Below are positions 54,627 through 64,000 of a stretch of DNA of 64,000 nt, piece after piece. The position numbers were made by a program, and so were the translations under genes. A model generated the notes under the pieces. It saw only the letters and a list, made by a program, of their open reading frames with translations, was not told the origin of the DNA and did no database searches. Position 1 is the first letter of the stretch. The number at the start of each line of letters is the position of its first letter. Origin of the DNA: the human T2T-CHM13v2.0 reference genome, Homo sapiens; assembly GCF_009914755.1 (NCBI RefSeq), contig NC_060941.1; one strand, given 5' to 3'.

Positions 54627-55165
54627 TTGCAAAGGAAATTAGAAAATATTTGGAAATGAATGAAAATGGAAGCATATACTTATACAATGCAGCTAAATCA
54701 GTACTTAGAGGAAATTTTTAGCTTCTGAATTCTTTTATTAGCAAAGAAGGGAGTTGAAAAATAAATGGTATAAGCTTTCAATTGAAGCAACCTGAAAAAG
54801 AATAGCAAATTAAAGACCAAGTAAGCAAAAGAAAGAAAATAAATATAAGAGTTGAAATCAATGAATTAGAAAAGAGGAAAACAATGGAGAAAAATTAATG
54901 AAACCAAAAGCTGGTTCTTTAAGAACAATAAAATTGATAAATTTCTAGATGTATAGATCTGAAAAAGAAGACACAAATTACCAATATCAGAAATAGAGAC
55001 AGGGGACATTACTATCAGATTCTGTAGACATTAATAGGGTAATAAGAAAATATGAACATCATATTTACAAATGTTTGATAATTTAAACAAAATGGATAAA
55101 TCTCTTAAGTGTTAGAAATTACTCAAAGTGACTCAAGAATTAGAAAACTCAAAGACCCCTCTATT

Positions 55166-55170
<5 letters not shown>

Positions 55171-55200
<30 letters not shown>
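55171..55200. repeat. (CA)15 microsatellite
   Basis: Perfect dinucleotide run at the point where the L1 fragment ends. Confidence 0.97.
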
Positions 55201-55201
<1 letters not shown>

Positions 55202-56375
55202 CCCCTTCTGAAACCCTGATATACCCCTCTGCACTGTGTTAGTTTTGCAAACATTTACTTTGAGGACCTTCTCCGGGTTAGGCACTGTATGTTTACAGAA
55301 GTAAAAGATTTAATGCAGTTGGGGAGGGAAGAGACAGATGAGTGAATAAATAAAATACTGCATAATAAGTGTTATGAAAGAGATCTGCACAGGGTGTTAT
55401 TAAGGAAAAAATATGAGATACCCTACATGAGGGAAGACTTCCATAAGGAGGTGAATATTAAAGGGTAATGATGATAATGATGATGACAATGACAATGATA
55501 GCAACAACAACAAAATAACTGTTTACTTTTCTCTTGATCTATTGACACATATTGGCTAAATGTGTTACACACATGAACGAATCTAAACCTCTCAAAAACT
55601 CTGCAGTAGGCACTATTATCCTCACTGAAACCGAGAGACCCAGCAGATAAAGAACTTGTCTACGGCTATGCAGCCAGGAATGAAAACGAATCAAGTGACT
55701 GAAAGAGAAGAAAGTTTCAGATGACAGGAGTGACGTGCAAAGGTACAGACGCTTGAGGAAGCATGGTAGGTAGATTTGAGGCTGCAAGCTTCTTTCCTTC
55801 CTTCACAGGCACATTTCTTGAAAGGTAATATCTACCCTCTGCCTTCATTTTCGTTTCCTTATTAGTTCAAGAAATATTTACTGAGCTCCTTGGTGACTAC
55901 CCAGTCTTTCCTTGATGACCTGAAATTTGACCCTGTCCCTTCTATTCAACTTGCCAACAACCTTTTTACTGCTGTAATAAGAGGCCATTTTTTTTATAAT
56001 ACTCATTTTCTTCCGATTATAAAAGTAAATTCAGATTGTGGTGATGGTATACAATTCTGTAAATCTGTTAAAAATCATTGAACTGGACACAAAACAAGAA
56101 TGTCTCCAAATGTAAATTATACTTCAATAAAGATGGGTTTTTTTAAGTAAATAAATGCTCATTGTAGAAAAACCAAGAAATAGAAAGAAATACATATGGT
56201 GACTATCTCCTGTAATCTATCACCGCATGTAGCTAGTGATTTTTCGGTGCAATGTTTTTGCACATTACCTGGATATTTCTGAAGTCTTAAACCTGATATT
56301 TTCTTCTACTCAGCCCTGCCCAGCTTGTCATTCTACCTTCCCTGCCTCGTCGGAAAGTATAGAAAAAGCAAAGGA

Positions 56376-56772
<397 letters not shown>

Positions 56773-58059
56773 TCACCCCCAGACTAGAAAAGAGGGATGG
56801 GGCATAATCGGGAATGAAGGAGAAAATGTTTACCTGCGGTTTTGTTCCCGAGAAAAGACCCTATTTCTTACCCTGCCTTCTCCATTAAGCCTGGGAGATG
56901 GGGAAACAATAGAAGCCCCATATAGGTCAGGGGTCCTCTGAGAGCAGAAGGAGCCGGTGTTCACAGACAGGTCAGGAGAGGTGAGAGGCTGTGGGGCCAC
57001 ACTGTAGAGCAGAGAGACACAAGCAGGGATGAGCTTGGCAGCGTGTGTTCAAGCTGGCCAACAAGACTGCAGGACCCATTTCCTGTGGGCTCCCCACTGC
57101 CCCCTGACCACACACAGGAAGAATACAACATTTCCTGGGTGTCTGAGAGCAGCACGGATGTAGCCAAAATAATGTCCAACCAAAGATTAGTGGGGATAAT
57201 CGATGTCTCCGTGGGTGCTGGGTGCGTAGGTGACATCCAGGATCGGAGGCCCTACCCCATGGCATGATAGAGCCACTGGGGCTTACATGCCATCCTGGAA
57301 CCAGGGGAGTGACTGAGGCCTGAGGTGATGAAAGGCAAGTAGCAAGTTTCTGCTGCACAGCCAAATGGTGATTCAAAACAGAAATGGATTCCAGTGAAGC
57401 AGGCACCTCTGACTTTATGGCCTGAGATCCAGACCCTTCACAGCATATCAGCAGGAAGGGTTCAGCGAGGCTTTGGTGGTATTTGGCTCAGATCCTGGTT
57501 TGCTGCTCTGCTTCCTCTTCACGAAGGAGACATGCAGGAAAGGAGTAGTAGCAGCGGAGACACAAAAAGCTGCTTTATTACAGGCTGCTTCTGTGCTCAA
57601 TACCCTTGATGTGGCGAGTGGGCGGGAACATGAGGCTCAGTTTCTGAGCCCCATGAGGTCAAGACTCCCTCCTCCCAAGCTTGAAAATCAGCATTTGACC
57701 ATCTTTTGGTCAACATAGGGGAGAGGAACCTGAAGCCGTAGCAAGCTCACTTAGGCCTAAAGAGAGAGCGAGCCAACTGGGCCTGCCTGGAAAGACTCCA
57801 GCCCTGTCATACCCTCACAGCTGGGACACGGAGTCAGAGGAAGCTAGGGCCATGCAAGTGTGACACCAGGGACCCTGCTCACCCTCAAGCATGGCAGAGA
57901 CAATGTCCTCACCAGATCAGTGCTGCCTCTGCACGCAGGGGAAGGGGGTTGAGGAAGTAGAGACGGCAGGAAAGCACAAGCATTTTTATCACGGTTTTCC
58001 CCACTTTGCATTATATCATAAACATTTTCTCATGTAATTAAAATTATTTCAAAACCTAA

Positions 58060-58376
<317 letters not shown>

Positions 58377-58609
58377 AAAACCTAATTCTTAAAAGCTTAT
58401 TATTTCATCATGTGAGTTGAGACTTTTAAAATGTTCCCATAAATTCAGGAAAAAACTGATTCTTCCGTAGCCACAGTAACATGTAGCCATCAGAACTGGT
58501 TTTAAATCCGTTCAATTAATCAGTGACGACTGGCTTTGGTGAACACACTTTCGTAATCAACCAAGAGGTGTCAGCCCCTGACTTCGAAAAGCCAGCTAAT
58601 CAGAGATGA

Positions 58610-59099
<490 letters not shown>

Positions 59100-59539
59100 A
59101 GCTGCCCCTTTTTATAGTTAGTATGTGATCACCTTTCTCTTTTTATTTGAGATACTGACAGGAGATAGCATGACTTATTGAACCATTCTTCTATTGCTGG
59201 ATATTTAGATTATTTCCAATACTTAATCATAAATAAAACTGTGGTATTTATCTGCACATAAAAATGTTTCATTGCACCACTGATTATATTTTTAAGATAA
59301 ATCCCAGAAAGTGAAATGACTAAGTCAATGGATAGAAATGGTTTTAGAGATTTTTATATTGTCACAGTGCTTTCCAGAGAGACTGTATCAATTTACACTC
59401 ATATATATCATTGTCTGGGGTGCCCATTCTGCTATATGTTTGTAAGAATTAAGTATTTCAATTAATACAATCTTTGCCAATGTAATAAGAATAGTTTCTT
59501 ATTTTAATTTGTATTTATTTCTGAGAATGAATATGCTAG

Positions 59540-59953
59540 TTGTTTCCATAACACCTATTCTCCCTTCTTCCATAGGAATAAAATTTTTGGTCGGGCATCT
59601 GCTGTCCAGAATAAAGACTACATTTTCCAGCCTCCTTTGCAGCTGGACGTGGTCATGTGACCGCATTTAGGTGGCATGTAAATGGAGGCACTGTGTGGCA
59701 GCTTCTGGAAACTTCCTTTTGAGGTGCCATGTAGGTGAACTTGGATTCTTCTCTGCCCACTTCCCACTCCTCATTCTGATGCCTAGGCTTTAATGCAAGC
59801 TTGGACCACAAAGTTGAGGACTGCACCACAGGGATGGCATAGGGTAAGCCAGACTGTGACCTGAATGTGAGAGAAATAAACTCTCTTGTTTAAGCCACTA
59901 TTTAGATTTGGAGTTTTCTGTGACTCGCTGGTGATTCTAATCATAATGAATAC
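59540..59953 (+). mobile_element. Old MLT1 (J/I-like) LTR
   Basis: AAAGACTACATTTTCCAGCCTCCTTTGCAGCT..GGTCATGTGAC and GAGAAATAAACT..TTGTTTAAGCCACT. Confidence 0.75.
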
Positions 59954-61425
59954 ACCCCTGGTTTATTGGCCATATTTCCTGACCTTCTGTTCTGATTTGC
60001 CACCTGCTGACTTGCCACTTCCATCTAAGCTGTCCCCCTGAGAACATAACAATTTCACATCTCAACAGTTCTAAGCACTTTGAGGGTAGGAGCTGTGCTA
60101 TAGTCATTTATCATCCCACTACCCACACCCTACACACCAAGGCCAGTGATCAATAAGCAGGTGCTTATCGTAGTACTCAATATGTGTCTAGTGGTTGAAG
60201 TTCTCCTCCCCTTCATGAATATTCTTAATCTGGAGCTATAGCTAGGCTTTAAGAGTCCATAGACCACTCCCTAAAGTTTTATTCAAACTTTTTATTTTAG
60301 TTTATTATATTTTATTCATATATAAATTTTTTACATATATCCTATATTTTTTTCTGGAAGAGAATCTAAATCTTTCAGCATATATTTTCAAAGGACTAAA
60401 TGACTCAAAGAAGTTTGAATGGCACTGTACCTATGACACACTGGAACCACCATTCTGCCCCACCAATAGGCTTAAAACCATTACTTTTTCTTCAGTTCAT
60501 TGGTCCATCACATTTCCACTGCCTTACCCAATTCAGTTATTTCTCAGTCTCATGTTGACAGTATTCTCCTGACCTGTCTCCCTACCTCAATCATTAGCCC
60601 ATCTCTAATGTGCCCTGGACCTCTATGGTGACTGTCCTGCCGAAGGATCAGTCCTGCTTACCAAGTCCACAGTCCCCACCCTGGTACTCAAGGTCCTTCG
60701 TGATAAGGAGCCCATGTCTCTTTCAAACACCACCTTTATCCTGTTGGAGATCAACTTCTCAAAGACAGGAATCTTTTGTCTGTTCTGTTCACTGATATAT
60801 CCCAAGACCAACACACAACACAACCAATAACTGCTGAATGAATGGAGGAATGAATGAATGTTTTCTAATATGGATTAATGGGGCTTTTCCAGATCACTTT
60901 TTTGCTTTGCAGTTTCTGTCCCTCTGCCATAATCCTACCAATATACCATGACTAGTTCATATGCTAACATTGTTTTCTTTGCTTATTTCCCTTAGAAGTG
61001 ATTTACTTTTTGCCCTTTAGTATTTAGAGTCCTGGTAACATGCATGGCTGTTCTATAGTCTTTTGAAAATGGGTCTTCTTTCTGAATAGGTTATTAACAC
61101 AGCTCGTGGCTTTGGCATCATTGTTCAGCCCTTAGTAGTTGCTTGAAAAATACTGTTTAATGAATTAATTAAAAAAAGAAGGCTGTATGGGCTGAATTGG
61201 TGAGATTTTTATAGCTTTTAGATAAAAAGATGGCTATTTCTTTATCTCCACTTAGCATATTAAAGGTAAGGCAGAGGGAGAGGTGGAAGTGAAAAAGTTT
61301 CTAAGTATAGAAAAATATGATTTACTATACTTTTTATTTTTTGTTATTTCTTCTAAGTGGAGATAAAAGAGAATTTGGGGTAAAATGAAAATTGCACATA
61401 AATTTACCCAAAAAAAGGCATCTTT

Positions 61426-61581
61426 CAGGGTGCAGTGACTTGCACTTTTAATCCCAGCTACTTGGGAGGTTGAGGCAGGAGGATCATTTGAGCCCAGGAG
61501 GTGGAGCCTATAGTGAGCTATGATTGCACCACTATACTTCACCCTGGGTGACAGAGCAAGACCTTATCTCTTTAAAAAAAA
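61426..61581 (+). mobile_element. Alu monomer (FRAM/FAM-like)
   Basis: Single monomer; TSD AAAAAAAAGGCAT. Confidence 0.85.
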
Positions 61582-63729
61582 GGCATTTTTTTGTCTTGGT
61601 AAACAATTTGTTTTATATGCCATAAATAGTTTAAGGCATTTAAAAATAATTCAAATATTTAAAGAAAGTTGATGATAAAAAATAACCTTTTAAAGACATA
61701 ATTTAATATCAATTCAAAGAAAAAACTCTCACATTGCAGTTATAACTTCCCCAAACATTGTAGTAAACAATAAAATCTTACTAACTTAGTTGAAAACACA
61801 AAAGCTAATAATTGTTCCTAGCAAGTTACTATTAAGTAGTAGGCAGACTGTCATTTACAACACTTCTGATTATCACATTTCTAATTTGAAAGCCCCTTCT
61901 TGAAAAGAGTAATCGAGACAGGAGAGTGGTAGGAAGTGAGCAAACATTTGTGTACTATCTACTAAGTGTCAGGTATGAATAAGATTGTTCTTATTCTTGA
62001 TGTTGTATCCTAAGACTTTTGAATCTTATCTTAAGTCAAGGACAAGTTCTCAGTTTGATGTCATCATCACAGGAAAGGGTACTTTAATTCAAGAATTCTT
62101 GTCCTTTTTCATCATTACATATAAATCCCAACTCAAGAAAATGGCAAACTAGTTTAAATAGCAAAACATCTGCAAATGTCACTGATCCATATTTAGTGAC
62201 TCCTCAGTTTCAATTCGTTTCTAGAAAATTGACTGAATCATGTTAGATGGTTGCTTTACCCAGAAACAGAAGCTAATAATTAGGAACTACAAGTGCTCAG
62301 GTTTTTGTCACTGCCTATTCATTTTATAAGAATCCCATAGGAAAGCCACATACTTTATTAAAGAAGGAATAAACAAGACCGTTTTTGAGAAGTGTTGTAG
62401 TGTATGCTTATCAATACCCCTATTTACTAATACTTAACAAAAGCTCTTTTTCCTATACTGGACCTACTGAGTTTTCCATTAAACTCAGTACTGAGTTTCT
62501 CATTAAATACTGGACCTACTGAGTTTCTCATTAAATACTGATGAATCCATTCTAAGAAGAAATGCCCATATATTCCTGAATTTGGTCCTATTTCTGAATA
62601 TGTCTATTGGTACTGGATACATTCCCTGTCCACACAGAGTTAGTAACTGTGGTCAGTTTTGTGGACTTTTATAATATTTATTTAATGGCAGTTAACCTAA
62701 GGAATAGCATGGGACAGTTGATTTTCTTCTCTCACTATAATTCAGGACTAATTTTCTCACCATTGCAACATATATTTACATGGCTAACACCCATAAATGA
62801 TCACATAAGATTTACATGCATTTCCCCACCCTGCTCACTGAATAAGAAAGCAAACTGTGAAACAAGCTTATGGAAATAGTTAAAGAATTAAGATCTAATC
62901 ATATTTCAAAGCTCACCCTCAGAGAAGCTCTCTGAAGCAAAGGCCGCAGAAACTGAAACTCATTTATTACTTGGGCTGAAATACAAACTTTAAGAGAATG
63001 AGGGAGAAAAAAACCTTTACTTTGCTCTAGGGAAGAAGCAACTATTCTCTGATGTGCAGAAAATAATTTATCCTCAAAGACCAAATGTAAATGGGGTCAA
63101 TTAATTTTTTTTAAAATCTCTACCTTCTGTAATATTTTTCTAAGTCTCTGACACTGTTACACTTTATACTAAAATCTAATGTGTGATTTGACAAATGTCA
63201 AAGGAAACTGACTACTGTATTTAACAAATTTTAATAAGCATAATGTATACTTTAAATATACTTAACACAAAATTTACATGAGTGGCCATTCTGTGGTATA
63301 GTACTCTTAGGAAGCAGATAGAACACCTATGTCAAATTTTGACTTCAAAGATTTAAAAAATAGTGACATTGTTCAATGATCAAATGACATGAATCAGCCA
63401 AGTAATAAATTATTTGAATTATAAGCTTTGAATCTAGGCATTAGATGCCCCAATTTGGCATGCTCATAATGTCTTATTTTTTGTTTTTAAAATTTTTTAC
63501 TTTTTGGTTCAATTGGGTAAGAAAAAAAGTAATGTATATTAATTGGAAAGTTTATAAAATATATTTGCACTAAGCTATGCTATGTCAGATTTGTAGACAG
63601 TTCAATATAAAACAGTGGTCTCAATACTTAACAAAAGCTCTATTTCCTATACTGGATTATTTTGAGTTTAGAATAGCTGCTGAAAGGACGTTCTTGAGAT
63701 ATAAGCATTAGCTGTTTCTAATTTAAAAT

Positions 63730-64000
63730 GACCTAGACTCAAGGATACAAAATCAATGTACAAAAATCAGTAGCATTTCTATACACCAATAACATCCAAG
63801 TTGAGAGCCAAATCAGGAATGCAATCTCATCTACAATAGCTACATACTCACAAAAATAGGAGGGGAAAGATCTCTGCGAGGAGAATTACAAACATTGCTA
63901 AAATAAATCATAGATGAAACAAACAAATGGAAAAACATTCTATGCTCATGGATTGGAAGAATCAGTATCATTAACATGGCCATACTGCCAAGGCATTTTA
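63730..64000 (+). mobile_element. L1 ORF2 fragment running off the window end
   Basis: GGATACAAAATCAATGTACAAAAATCAGTAGCATTTCTATACACC and TGCTCATGGATTGGAAGAATC. Confidence 0.88.

Larger units (their letters stand above)
52510..55165 (+). mobile_element. Very old L1M (L1ME/MC-like) ORF1-ORF2 fragment; its probable 5' part lies at about 42020-42340
   Basis: A-rich L1 motifs (ACCATGCAAAC, GACCATATTCTGGGCCATAAA, AAACCAAAAGCTGGTTCTTT). Confidence 0.75.

Noticed and set aside
56972-57718. Cluster of overlapping ORFs (up to 144 aa) in GC-richer DNA
   Set aside because: No recognisable domain, no convincing splice pattern and no CpG island. It could be regulatory, but I cannot support that from sequence.
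62455-62540. CRISPR-like short repeat array
   Set aside because: Eukaryotic context, irregular spacing and no unique spacers; better explained as a repair or slippage patchwork.

Overview
Primate, almost certainly human, genomic DNA: AT-rich, CpG-depleted and dense in Alu, L1, L2, MIR, LTR and DNA-transposon remnants. The only coding sequence I can support is two phase-0 minus-strand exons (33267-33329, 63 nt; 25665-25814, 150 nt). They splice to a coiled-coil peptide I recognise from memory as the C-terminal part of CEP112 (CCDC46), so the whole window appears to lie within CEP112, mostly intron. The other ORFs in the track are repeat-derived or look like chance ORFs, and I found no new protein-coding system. 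The most unusual structure is a ~1.13 kb, ~99% identical inverted duplication (46826-47957 vs 48540-49678, 582-bp spacer). It sits in old nested L1s, is flanked by a 32-bp target duplication with junction microhomology (a template-switch signature), and is predicted to fold the pre-mRNA into a >1 kb near-perfect dsRNA hairpin. Smaller templated-copy or fold-back scars occur at about 21.5, 24.1, 38.6, 40.6, 53.9 and 62.4 kb. Other points of interest are an AluS/AluY chimera without a TSD, a THE1 LTR inside an Alu, a MER41A solo LTR, a near full-length Tigger1 and a MADE1. Repeat subfamily names come from my recall of consensus sequences and need RepeatMasker confirmation.
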